IMG/VR virus record: IMGVR_UViG_3300017737_000069
Location: 1 to 27,125 of that record
DNA from: a virus
Lineage: Duplodnaviria > Caudoviricetes
DNA: 27,125 bases
Reading direction: 5' to 3' (one strand)
Shown here: positions 1 through 8,355 of the stretch, piece after piece
Position numbering within the stretch: position 1 is the stretch's first letter
Layout of the letters: every line of letters starts with the position of its first letter
Notes under the pieces: model-generated
What the model saw: the letters and a program-made list of their open reading frames with translations, nothing else
What the model was told of the DNA's origin: nothing
The model's database searches: none
Program-made: the position numbers and the translations under genes

Positions 1-222
1 ATAAGTACCACTTTCTAAAGCTAGTGAACAACCTGTAGTTCCATATCTTCCTTGTTCATTACAGTAAATAGATGCAGCAGTATTACCACCACTAATAGTT
101 AAACCTGTTTCGTATGTATCATCTTCAAACGCTTCATTAACTGTAACTTCACCAGGTACTTCTTCTGCGAATACAGGGGTAGGTATTAATAAAAATAAAG
201 CTAGGCAAAGTCTAAGTAACAC
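1..222 (-). CDS. Secreted/surface protein with N-terminal signal peptide (partial, runs off window start)
   Basis: Not in ORF track. GTG at 222, open to base 1: MLLRLCLALFLLIPTPVFA-EEVPGEVTVNEAFEDDTYETGLTISGGNTAASIYCNEQGRYGTTGCSLALESGTY. Basic n-region, hydrophobic h-region, VFA cleavage-like site, then acidic mature part. Confidence 0.8.
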   Translation of the reverse strand, partial: MLLRLCLALFLLIPTPVFAEEVPGEVTVNEAFEDDTYETGLTISGGNTAASIYCNEQGRYGTTGCSLALESGTY

Positions 223-225
223 TTC

Positions 226-282
226 CTAAAAAGTGCCACAACATCCACCACCGCAACAGCCACCATTGTTATCTTTAGGCAT
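226..282 (-). CDS. 18-aa Cys/Gly micropeptide MPKDNNGGCCGGGCCGTF
   Basis: Not in ORF track. ATG preceded by SD AAGGAG (overlapping the upstream TAA); TAG stop; fills the gap between neighbouring genes. Confidence 0.7.
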   Translation of the reverse strand: MPKDNNGGCCGGGCCGTF

Positions 283-290
283 GATTCTCC

Positions 291-458
291 TTACATTACA
301 AGTGCTGCAACAACTCCACCTATTGCAACAATTAGTGTTAATACTTTATAAAATTCTTGTTTATCTAACTTAGAATCTAACTTATCTTCTATTTTATCTA
401 GTCGTTCAATAACCATATTAAGAAGTTCTTTTTGAGTATAGCCATTGTTGTTTGACAT
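291..458 (-). CDS. 55-aa coiled-coil plus C-terminal TM protein (holin/XhlA-like architecture)
   Basis: Not in ORF track. MSNNNGYTQKELLNMVIERLDKIEDKLDSKLDKQEFYKVLTLIVAIGGVVAALVM; ATG directly follows upstream TAA. Confidence 0.75.
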   Translation of the reverse strand: MSNNNGYTQKELLNMVIERLDKIEDKLDSKLDKQEFYKVLTLIVAIGGVVAALVM

Positions 459-596
459 TTATGGTAAATCATCTCTAGATAGGAAATCCCATTCCTTATC
501 TGTGTTACTATCTAGGTCGTATTTACTTATTCTTTTAAGATAAGAACTAATTTCTTTTAAAAAATAACCTAGCAATAATCCAATTATAAAATCCAT
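459..596 (-). CDS. 45-aa small membrane protein
   Basis: Not in ORF track. MDFIIGLLLGYFLKEISSYLKRISKYDLDSNTDKEWDFLSRDDLP; hydrophobic N-terminus; ATG follows a 6-nt spacer after TATAAT. Confidence 0.7.
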   Translation of the reverse strand: MDFIIGLLLGYFLKEISSYLKRISKYDLDSNTDKEWDFLSRDDLP

Positions 597-602
597 TCTT
601 GG

Positions 603-611
603 ATTATATCA
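603..611 (-). promoter_or_regulatory. Extended -10 promoter (TGnTATAAT), probably leaderless transcript
   Basis: Minus strand reads TGATATAAT-CCAAGA-ATG with no SD. The TG is part of the oxygenase stop codon. Confidence 0.6.
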
Positions 612-1121
612 TAAAAAATCCATGTTAAGAAGAACTCTATTGTTTTTATCTGTTTGTGTAAAACCTTGATGTGTAATATTGCCATCAAATATTAGTAAAC
701 TATTTTCAACAGATGGTATGACTATTTCTTTATCATCAATAAACAAAACAGTTCCACCATTACAGGTAGTAAAATTGTACACAGCAGTAGTATATGTATT
801 TAATTCAGGAAAATCTGTATGTGCAGAGTGATATACATTCTCTTCTTGTTTAGTATATAAGTTTGCTTTGATTCTTAATAAATTAAATTTGTCTGATAAA
901 ATACTTGCTTTCAAAACGATAGGTAATATATCGTTAAATAATTCAGAAGCTACACCTTCTCCATCTTCTCTGTAAATGTAATGGGTTAACATAAAATTAT
1001 TATCTTCTCCCCAATTTGAACTATCATTGTAAAACCAAGGAAGATAACTACCATTAAATGTGTCACTTAACTTTTTAAATTTATCTTGCTCTAAAACATT
1101 TTCTATTAATTTATACTTCAT
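609..1121 (-). CDS. 2OG-Fe(II) oxygenase superfamily protein
   Basis: HxD motif (HTD), NGGT, LLIFDG followed by distal His (THQG), and C-terminal Arg (RVLLN), as expected for a DSBH dioxygenase. Confidence 0.85.
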   Translation of the reverse strand: MKYKLIENVLEQDKFKKLSDTFNGSYLPWFYNDSSNWGEDNNFMLTHYIYREDGEGVASELFNDILPIVLKASILSDKFNLLRIKANLYTKQEENVYHSAHTDFPELNTYTTAVYNFTTCNGGTVLFIDDKEIVIPSVENSLLIFDGNITHQGFTQTDKNNRVLLNMDFL

Positions 1122-1899
1122 TATCTTTTATAACTTTATATGCAGGAAAACTTTGACTAATAGTAGAAGATAATACTGTATTTCTTTTTTGTTGTTTTAA
1201 GAAATTTTCATCTACAGGATTTAGATTTAATGTACCTTTATTTAAGTTTTTATCATATAACGATATTTGCACCAGTGGGTCACCTGCTTTTATAAATAAT
1301 GTTTCACCATCTTCCCATTCTTCAAATGGTTTATAAAATTCAAATGGAAAGTTTACTTCATGCCATATGTCAGTTTCAACTTTACCAGGTAATATTTTTA
1401 CATCTTTTCTAAAGTGATAAAAAGGGTCAGCAAAATATATTCCATAACCAGGAGGTGTAGAAAAAAAATATGGACAAATAAATTTTAAAATTCCATAATT
1501 ATGTAAATGATTAGTCGGCATATCAGTTAACTGGTCTACACCTTGAACTCCAATACTTGTTGCTTCTTGGCTTTGGTCAGCATATACACGCCAAGAAATA
1601 TGATTGCCTTGTTTAATAAAGTAAACATCTTGCCATGAAGGTATTATAAATCCTTCTGAAACTATATCTTGTATAGCAGGACATTGTTTAGCTTTTTTCA
1701 TACTTGAAGAATCTAAATTAGAGTATTCGAGTGAACCTCTTTTACTTATCTTTTGTTTCTTATACCATTCAGGCAATACTTGATTAGCAGGTTTTATTGG
1801 ATATAGTTCTAATAATGTTTCACTATGTTCATCTACAGGGTATATATTAATCTCTAAGGTTGTGATAATATCCTCCTTTAAATTTACTTGTAGCAGCAT
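1111..1899 (-). CDS. Conserved phage protein, dUTPase-like (beta-clip) fold suspected; paralog of 1847..2542
   Basis: PIKPA..LPEWYK, KQCPA, GFIIP, TPPGY, ILPGKVETD, VNFPF, IKAGDPLVQ motifs shared with the neighbour. Start uncertain (53-nt overlap). Confidence 0.6.
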   Translation of the reverse strand: MLLQVNLKEDIITTLEINIYPVDEHSETLLELYPIKPANQVLPEWYKKQKISKRGSLEYSNLDSSSMKKAKQCPAIQDIVSEGFIIPSWQDVYFIKQGNHISWRVYADQSQEATSIGVQGVDQLTDMPTNHLHNYGILKFICPYFFSTPPGYGIYFADPFYHFRKDVKILPGKVETDIWHEVNFPFEFYKPFEEWEDGETLFIKAGDPLVQISLYDKNLNKGTLNLNPVDENFLKQQKRNTVLSSTISQSFPAYKVIKDNEV

Positions 1900-2542
1900 A
1901 AATGTATTTAGCTTCTGCAGATTTGTATTTATTATTTTGTTTAACTACTTTTATATCAAATTTTTCTTTTCTAAATGGGACATATTGTCCTAATGGTGTT
2001 CCTTGTTTAATTATTATTTCATCTTTATCAGATGTATAGTGTATTTGTAAATTAACTTGATGTATTTTATTTGTATTGAACTGTCCATAAGATATATGGA
2101 AATCAGTATTATAATTCCAAAACATAGGAACTTGTCTTATCCAAATATTTTTAGAGGTGTGTATTGTAAAAGGAAGCATTAGTTTAAAGACTTGTCTTAC
2201 ATTACTACTTTTAGGTAAGTAATCTACCATAATGTCATTAGAGTGAATTTCGCAGTCAACATGTTTATTACCAGTTTGCCATGCCCAACTACCATTCTCA
2301 TCTACTTTTAACCAAATATCGCATGGTGCAGGTATTATAAAACCTTCTTTAAATGTCTCTGAAAAACTCGGACAAGATTTTGTTGTTCCTCTTCTTAATA
2401 AGGTTGTATTTTGTTCTACTACAAAAGGCGGTACTTTATTAAACCAATCAGGCATAAAATTTTCTGCAGGTTGAGGAAGTGTATAATCTAAATCAAGCAT
2501 TTCAGCATGTTTAGCAACGAATCGTACTTTATTTTTTCTCAT
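1847..2542 (-). CDS. Conserved phage protein, dUTPase-like fold suspected; paralog of 1111..1899
   Basis: PQPA..MPDWF, TKSCPS, GFIIPAPCD, VNLQI, IKQGTPLGQYVPF; SD-like AGGTGG upstream. Confidence 0.6.
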   Translation of the reverse strand: MRKNKVRFVAKHAEMLDLDYTLPQPAENFMPDWFNKVPPFVVEQNTTLLRRGTTKSCPSFSETFKEGFIIPAPCDIWLKVDENGSWAWQTGNKHVDCEIHSNDIMVDYLPKSSNVRQVFKLMLPFTIHTSKNIWIRQVPMFWNYNTDFHISYGQFNTNKIHQVNLQIHYTSDKDEIIIKQGTPLGQYVPFRKEKFDIKVVKQNNKYKSAEAKYIYAATSKFKGGYYHNLRD

Positions 2543-2560
2543 ATTCCACCTTTTTTTAAT

Positions 2561-2887
2561 TTATTCGGGGTCTTCCCATTTCCAATTATCTGTATTAAAT
2601 GTACTGTCAGGCATCTCGAAAGGTTTAGGAGGTTTAAAAGCATCAACATCAGGTGAGTATTCTGCTCCCTCTTCAGCAACTTGTTTTCTAAAAGGTGTAC
2701 CACCTAATTTATGTTCGCCTGCATGTGTATTGTAAGAAGTTCTTTTGCAATCTATAGCACCATGTGCATCTTTATAGAACTCTTCCCAACTAGAAAACTC
2801 ACTAGGAAGTCTAGGGTCATTTTCATCATTGCCAGTAACAACTTTTGTTACAATGTTATTTTCATCTAGTAAAGCATAATATGCCAT
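2561..2887 (-). CDS. Conserved small protein that typically accompanies Gly-rich fibre proteins
   Basis: Start moved to ATG 2887 (TAATG coupling). MAYYALLDENNIVTKV..KRTSYNT..PFRK..DAFKPPKPF..W motif series, familiar from aquatic phage tail-accessory regions. Confidence 0.7.
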   Translation of the reverse strand: MAYYALLDENNIVTKVVTGNDENDPRLPSEFSSWEEFYKDAHGAIDCKRTSYNTHAGEHKLGGTPFRKQVAEEGAEYSPDVDAFKPPKPFEMPDSTFNTDNWKWEDPE

Positions 2888-3798
2888 TATGACCAACTCA
2901 CAGTTCCAGTACCTGCTGTAATCTCTATATATTTTTCAGCACCATCAACTGTTTCTGAACCTGCAGTTAAACCTGCACTTACTGTGATTGTATGTTTTTT
3001 AGAATACCTTAATATAACAACACCTGAACCACCTAGTCCACCTGCACCTCTGTTGTTATTACTATTTCCATTACCACCTGCACCACCACCACTGCCTGTG
3101 TTAACAGTACCAGCTGTTCCTGAAGCACTAGTTGAAGCACCATTTCCACCGCCACCACCTGTTCCGCCTGTATTTCCAGTATTTGTGTTTGCCCTAGAAC
3201 CTGCACCACCACCTGCTCTTGTAACAGCAGAGCCAGTAATAGATGATGATAAACCTGGTTGTCCATTTCTATTGCTTGTATCTACAGTGTCAGCAGCACC
3301 ACCACCACCTGAACCTAGATTTACATTTCCAGGTCTACCACCTTGTCCAGGATAATGTCTGCTGTTAGTGAAAGAGTTTCCTCCACCACCTGCAGAACCC
3401 CCAGAGCCACCTGCAAAAAAACTATGAGTAAATCCTATAGAACCTCCACCGCCACCAGGAACAGCAACAATACTATCGAAAGTAGATGTTCCTTGTCCAC
3501 TAAAATCACCATAAGTATTTGTAGAACCTGCACCAATATCTACTTTGTAATCTTCTCCAAGTGTTATTTGGTGTGGGTCACCTGCGGCTGTACTTGTACC
3601 TGAAAGTTCTCCAGGCATAGAGCTTAAATATCCACCTGCACCACCACCACCAGTGCCTTGGTTACCTCCAAAGTTATTACCACCTCTATTACCACTTCCG
3701 CCACCTGCAATAATTAGATATTTAACAGGAACTTTTTTAACCTGACTATCAGCGATAGAGTTTTCTAAACTTGAATACTTAATTGATTTAATACTCAT
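2887..3798 (-). CDS. Glycine-rich virion/tail-fibre-associated protein
   Basis: YLIIAGGGSG..GGGGAGGY..SSITGSAVTRAGGG..GTVNTGSGGG..GGSGVVILRY architecture. Confidence 0.8.
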   Translation of the reverse strand: MSIKSIKYSSLENSIADSQVKKVPVKYLIIAGGGSGNRGGNNFGGNQGTGGGGAGGYLSSMPGELSGTSTAAGDPHQITLGEDYKVDIGAGSTNTYGDFSGQGTSTFDSIVAVPGGGGGSIGFTHSFFAGGSGGSAGGGGNSFTNSRHYPGQGGRPGNVNLGSGGGGAADTVDTSNRNGQPGLSSSITGSAVTRAGGGAGSRANTNTGNTGGTGGGGGNGASTSASGTAGTVNTGSGGGAGGNGNSNNNRGAGGLGGSGVVILRYSKKHTITVSAGLTAGSETVDGAEKYIEITAGTGTVSWS

Positions 3799-3807
3799 TT
3801 AAAATCC

Positions 3808-4137
3808 TTATGTAATTTCTGTGCCATAGGCTTGAAAAGTTACATTTGCATCAGAAGCACCAACAGATATTTCTGCACCTGTTTGTAGTGTAATACCAAG
3901 TGTTAATGTAATAGTATCATTAGCTGCAATAGATGTGTCATAAGCTACATAATCAGTATTAGCTACTCCAGAGTTATCTGACTTAGTAGCAATTCTGAAT
4001 GTGTTAGCTGCTGCTTCTCTATTAGTAACAATAATAGTTGATACTATTGCTTCTGTGCTTGAAGGAACTAAATAGAGTGCAACATCATTTGCAGATGCAT
4101 CTGCTATTTGTCCTAATATTTTGTAAGCGTTTGCCAT
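3808..4137 (-). CDS. Small beta-rich virion structural protein (putative)
   Basis: MANAYKILGQ..LYLVPSST.AIVSTI.VTN..TLTLGITL..FQAYGTEIT; SD AGGAG; lies among tail genes. Confidence 0.7.
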   Translation of the reverse strand: MANAYKILGQIADASANDVALYLVPSSTEAIVSTIIVTNREAAANTFRIATKSDNSGVANTDYVAYDTSIAANDTITLTLGITLQTGAEISVGASDANVTFQAYGTEIT

Positions 4138-4156
4138 ATTTTATTCTCCTAAATAT

Positions 4157-4169
4157 ATTCTATAGTATA
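4157..4169 (-). promoter_or_regulatory. Candidate -10 element(s), TATACT or TAGAAT
   Basis: Minus strand TATACTATAGAAT in the short gap upstream of the SD of 3808..4137. Confidence 0.35.
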
Positions 4170-4373
4170 CTACGCACCAACCAAAAGCAAGGTATCTACA
4201 TCAAGATATTGTAATGCGTGTCCACTATCAGACCATAACATTAACTGTCTATCAATTTGAATACCGCCACCGCCAGTATCAGGTAGTAAATCTATATCTT
4301 CATCTATTGGCTTATTTCCAATTGTGTCTATTCCTAGACTGCCACCTTCTTTAAGCATAAGTAACATACCCAT
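4170..4373 (-). CDS. Hypothetical 67-aa protein
   Basis: Fills the gap in the operon; ATG 1 nt after upstream TAG. Confidence 0.6.
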   Translation of the reverse strand: MGMLLMLKEGGSLGIDTIGNKPIDEDIDLLPDTGGGGIQIDRQLMLWSDSGHALQYLDVDTLLLVGA

Positions 4374-4374
4374 G

Positions 4375-4980
4375 CTATCCTCCCATAACTAGAAATGGGT
4401 GTACATCTGCAGGTTCAGCTATTTGACTTGTCTTAACTTTTTTAACTGCAGTTGCATCAGCATCATATAACAAAACTAAATCGTTAGCTCCATCTACTAC
4501 AATACCTGTACCATCAGTAGCACCAGTAATGTCTACTGCTAAATCTACAGTTTGTCCTTCACCTGCACTAGATGTTTTTGTTAAACCATTTCCTGAAGTT
4601 ACATCTGCAACATAATTTCCTGATGTTCCTGAACCTAATGTTGGTCCTGCATCAATCCTGTCATGTAAATCTTCAAACATTTCTTTGACAACTGCCATAC
4701 GAACTACTGTTCCTGATGTATGTGTTGGGTCAGTTGTATGTCTACCTTCTACATCTCTAGTGATAGTAGAAAGAGTTGTTGTTGATGCTGCAGTAACTAA
4801 AACTACTTCTCTGTTAGAAGCATTGTCAGGGTCTATAACAATGTAATAAGGTGCAGCAATAGCGGATGTACCATCTGATGTAGGTGCTGCTGTAAGTGTT
4901 GCTGATGTTGCTCCTGATGCAAGAATACCATTTAAAGTACTCTCATAAAAGTTACTAAATTTTACTTCTTGTGCTGTCAA
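4375..4980 (-). CDS. Putative tail fibre/spike proximal protein
   Basis: TTG start right after upstream TAA; Thr/Ser/Gly-rich; EVVLVT..TITRDVEG..HTSG module; C-terminal HPFLVMGG. Confidence 0.65.
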   Translation of the reverse strand: MTAQEVKFSNFYESTLNGILASGATSATLTAAPTSDGTSAIAAPYYIVIDPDNASNREVVLVTAASTTTLSTITRDVEGRHTTDPTHTSGTVVRMAVVKEMFEDLHDRIDAGPTLGSGTSGNYVADVTSGNGLTKTSSAGEGQTVDLAVDITGATDGTGIVVDGANDLVLLYDADATAVKKVKTSQIAEPADVHPFLVMGG

Positions 4981-6954
4981 TTAAGCTCCAAATCTCATTA
5001 ATCCTAATGCGTTAATACCAAACACTTCAGTACTTGTCACATCTGTGATAGTAGGTTGTCTAGTTCCACGCACAGTAATTATAGCATACTGTGTTACGCT
5101 TCCTCTTTCAACATTAGAATTAATTGGATAACTAATTCTCTCTACCACACCTCTTATAATTTCTGCAGGGTCAAATAATTCTAGTGTTACAGAGTCACCT
5201 TCTTTAGAACGCAACGCTGAATACAGTGTATCTCCTAAACCTTTAACCTTTACAGGTTTTCTTCCAGGTCTTTCTACCCTATCAGATATGTTTATAGGTA
5301 TCTGTGCTACTACTAATTCAGGTCTAGCCAATGCACGAAACTGTACTGACTTTAGCTTAGGTGTATCTACACCTGCTTCTGATTTAAGTATTACTTTACC
5401 AACTATGTACCTTGATACTTCTGCTATTTGTTTTTCTGTATCTCCAAAACCTGCAGCTTGGTCCAATGCTAATTGGAATGAACCATCTGTAGGATTGTCT
5501 AATGCTTCAAACTTAGTAGAGTAATAAAGCTCTACTGATGTATTGTTAGGTAACGAAAAGGTAGATATTTCTGCACCAACAAACTGTTTACTTTCTGCTG
5601 TAAAGAAATCTGCTGCTGACATTATAAGATAACCTTCGGTTTCGTATGTAGATGTTTCTAAAAATATATCTTGTCCTGCTACAGCTATAACAAATTTACC
5701 ACTTGAATTGGTTATACCTGTAATAAGACCTGATGCTCCCATCTCTAAATCTCTAGCGAATCCTGCAGTAGGTAAGTAATATCTCCACAAGTAACTCTCA
5801 CTACCGCTTTCTTTTATTCCACAATAAACACTATCTCTTGTAACAAACATAAACTTAGGTGTTGTATCTACTCCTGATATAACCCATTCTTTTACTAACT
5901 GTCTGTTAGCTAGTACATATAAGTCATCTGCAACTGTTAAGTCTGCACGATAGAATCTACCTACATCTCTAGACATTTCTTTTGTACCAAAAAATACAAT
6001 GCCTTCTGCTGCAGCTATAGAGTGTACTTCTTCAAAGGGTATGTTTGTTTGTCCTTTAAGAGTAAAAGTTCCTGCTATATCTTTAAGTGAATATATATCT
6101 CCATTAGTAGAAGCAACTAAGACTACTGCACCTGCATCCACAACTTGTGATACATGGTGTGAATCCTCGAAAGTTATGATTGCATCTCCATCTGCTAGGT
6201 CAGAACCTGACCAACTTTTATTAAATGGACTTATTGCCCATACTCTCTCTACTGAACCATCATCTCCACTAAATACTAATTGTCCTTTTGAAAACCAAAT
6301 ACCATTCAAACCTCCTGATGAAGATTGTGCTGTTGATTCTTCTGACCAAGTAGATGCACCATCAAACTTAATAAGTTCTGAGTGCGTTGTTCCATTAGCT
6401 GTAGTAGCAAATATCATATCTCCTACTGAAGCTATACCAGTAAAGTTGTAATTTATAGTAAGTCCTGTGGTAACTGTACTCCAAGTATTACCATTGTTTG
6501 TAGATTTTTTAATTGCTGTAGCATCTGTAACATACAAGTCACCATTAGTTGTTTGTGCTATGTAGTTATTACTAGCAGAAAAGTTTATATTTTTGTCTGC
6601 TGTGGTAAATAACAAGTGTGTGTGATAAGAAGTTTCATCATCTCCATGAAATACATCTACACCTTTGCTATCCCAAAATCTTGTTGTATCTTTAGGTGTA
6701 CCACTAGCTCTATGTGCTGTGTCTAATCCTTGTCCACCTGTAAAATTATTTCTAGAATAGATACGACCTAAGTTAGAAGTAAAGTCCTCTGCATTTTGTC
6801 TTACATTGATACCTTGTTCTTGTACATCTGATGATTGTATCTGCATTTCTCTACCTGGACCAGCAGCAGAACGAAGTAATATATCATCAATTCTTACATC
6901 ATACCCATAACGCTTTGGGTTAGAAGTGTTTATAGTTGTAGCTACTCTAGGCAT
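4981..6954 (-). CDS. Putative tail nozzle / tail tubular protein B-like (beta-propeller)
   Basis: 657 aa, beta-rich, Asp-box-like STNNGNTW, follows the putative adaptor gene. Confidence 0.6.
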   Translation of the reverse strand: MPRVATTINTSNPKRYGYDVRIDDILLRSAAGPGREMQIQSSDVQEQGINVRQNAEDFTSNLGRIYSRNNFTGGQGLDTAHRASGTPKDTTRFWDSKGVDVFHGDDETSYHTHLLFTTADKNINFSASNNYIAQTTNGDLYVTDATAIKKSTNNGNTWSTVTTGLTINYNFTGIASVGDMIFATTANGTTHSELIKFDGASTWSEESTAQSSSGGLNGIWFSKGQLVFSGDDGSVERVWAISPFNKSWSGSDLADGDAIITFEDSHHVSQVVDAGAVVLVASTNGDIYSLKDIAGTFTLKGQTNIPFEEVHSIAAAEGIVFFGTKEMSRDVGRFYRADLTVADDLYVLANRQLVKEWVISGVDTTPKFMFVTRDSVYCGIKESGSESYLWRYYLPTAGFARDLEMGASGLITGITNSSGKFVIAVAGQDIFLETSTYETEGYLIMSAADFFTAESKQFVGAEISTFSLPNNTSVELYYSTKFEALDNPTDGSFQLALDQAAGFGDTEKQIAEVSRYIVGKVILKSEAGVDTPKLKSVQFRALARPELVVAQIPINISDRVERPGRKPVKVKGLGDTLYSALRSKEGDSVTLELFDPAEIIRGVVERISYPINSNVERGSVTQYAIITVRGTRQPTITDVTSTEVFGINALGLMRFGA

Positions 6955-7949
6955 TAGTACACTATATTGTTTATTGAAACTGGTTCTGGATACCTGGCTC
7001 TTAAGTCTTTTCTAGCTTGTTGTATTAAAGCTCTCTGATAACTCAATAAAGAGTTTCTTATTCTTGTTGCTGAATCAACTGGGAAACTTGATGTAGAAAG
7101 TTGGTCAGTTATGTAATCAGTTGTTGCAGTAGGAATATCCCTACCACTAAGCATATGTGCAGCGACACCAGCCATGATAATAGGTTCATATTCATCTTCT
7201 AATCCTACTGTTGCAAGAGTGTCTGTTTCTGCAGTCGGGTCAATAAATTTCTTTTTAAATGTTACATATGCAGTATGACCTGATGCTATACCTGCAAATT
7301 GTAATGCGTGTACTACGTCAGGACCTGTTGTATACGTTATTGTTCTCTCTACTCCATCAGAATCATTGTATACAAATGGATTAGGTAAGTCTATTAATTC
7401 AACAGCTACTCCTCTAAATACAACATTTGTTGAATCTGAATTAGCAGCAAAGTCTGTGTACTGTGATATAGATTTTATAGGTGCTACTAAATAGTTATTA
7501 GTTCCTGGAGCTGAGTAAGAACCTAGTAAAGTAAATCCATCTCCAACAACAACTTCTAATGTTTCTGTAGCAAATAAAGTTGGGTATAAGTTTTTAATCT
7601 GGTCACATACAGCATCAAATACATTCTTACGTGGGAACGGTGGAGCTATTTTTATTAAGTCTCCTGATGTATGACTAGTTGCAGTAGTTCCTCTAGCTGC
7701 TCTAGTAACTGTAATTGTATTAGTTACAGCATTGAGGTCAGTACATATTAAAAGTTCTTGACCTATTTCTATTATTGCACCTGCGTCTAAAGCATCTTCT
7801 TCTTCTACAGATAATAAGTCTCCATTGAATACAACAGATGTTACTGAATCATTCATAGACGTTGATAGCGTTGTATAGCTAACAACATCATCCATAGGTT
7901 CTAGATACTCTCTATAGGTTCTATCTACTAGATTACCAATATTAGCCAT
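6954..7949 (-). CDS. Putative head-tail adaptor / tail tubular protein A-like
   Basis: Position after capsid genes; helical N- and C-termini; inserted IEIGQE..TVTRAARGTTATSHTSGD module; SD AGGAG. Confidence 0.55.
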   Translation of the reverse strand: MANIGNLVDRTYREYLEPMDDVVSYTTLSTSMNDSVTSVVFNGDLLSVEEEDALDAGAIIEIGQELLICTDLNAVTNTITVTRAARGTTATSHTSGDLIKIAPPFPRKNVFDAVCDQIKNLYPTLFATETLEVVVGDGFTLLGSYSAPGTNNYLVAPIKSISQYTDFAANSDSTNVVFRGVAVELIDLPNPFVYNDSDGVERTITYTTGPDVVHALQFAGIASGHTAYVTFKKKFIDPTAETDTLATVGLEDEYEPIIMAGVAAHMLSGRDIPTATTDYITDQLSTSSFPVDSATRIRNSLLSYQRALIQQARKDLRARYPEPVSINNIVY

Positions 7950-7957
7950 TGGTTCTC

Positions 7958-8290
7958 CTAACTATGTCTAAAGTGTAATGTTAAACTTCTATCTGCTGCT
8001 TCGTTTCCATCGGATGTAACTCTTATGTAGCCATTACTAGCAAAAGCCCAACCACTAGGGTCTACTCTTACCATGTCTCCTGCTGTTACTACGTATGTAA
8101 CTGCAGTACCATCTGTTTCTGTTACATCTACCCATGTGCTGTTATCCATTGCAAAGTCAAATGTAATATTAGAACCTGTCATGGCTGCAGGGAATTGAAT
8201 GCCACAAAGCAACATACCTTCAGTTTGTACTCCTAAAGAGTTGTTATTGTCTGCAGATATATCTATTAAAGCTGTTTTTGATTTAATCAT
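7958..8290 (-). CDS. Small beta-sandwich virion protein (possible head decoration)
   Basis: 110 aa, beta-rich, immediately downstream of the capsid gene. Confidence 0.55.
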   Translation of the reverse strand: MIKSKTALIDISADNNNSLGVQTEGMLLCGIQFPAAMTGSNITFDFAMDNSTWVDVTETDGTAVTYVVTAGDMVRVDPSGWAFASNGYIRVTSDGNEAADRSLTLHFRHS

Positions 8291-8299
8291 ATCTTCCTT

Positions 8300-8310
8300 A
8301 CTATAGCAGA
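8300..8310 (-). promoter_or_regulatory. Extended -10 promoter TCTGCTATAGT
   Basis: 10 of 11 nt identical to the element at 10139-10149; 9-nt spacer to ATG 8290. Confidence 0.6.
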
Positions 8311-8346
8311 AGATAAGGGCGGAGGTGGAGTTCCACCCTAATCTTC
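8309..8346 (-). terminator. GC-rich stem-loop after the capsid gene (terminator or mRNA stabiliser)
   Basis: GAAGAU-U-AGGGUGGA / UCCGCCCU-U-AUCUUC; the U-G wobble pairs only on the minus-strand RNA; no long U tract. Confidence 0.6.
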
Positions 8347-8355
8347 AATTATTAT

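Noticed and set aside
2984-3603. Pro-rich plus-strand ORFs and apparent ccacc repeats
   Set aside because: Antisense shadow of GGT codons in the Gly-rich gene; not a CRISPR array or true tandem repeat.
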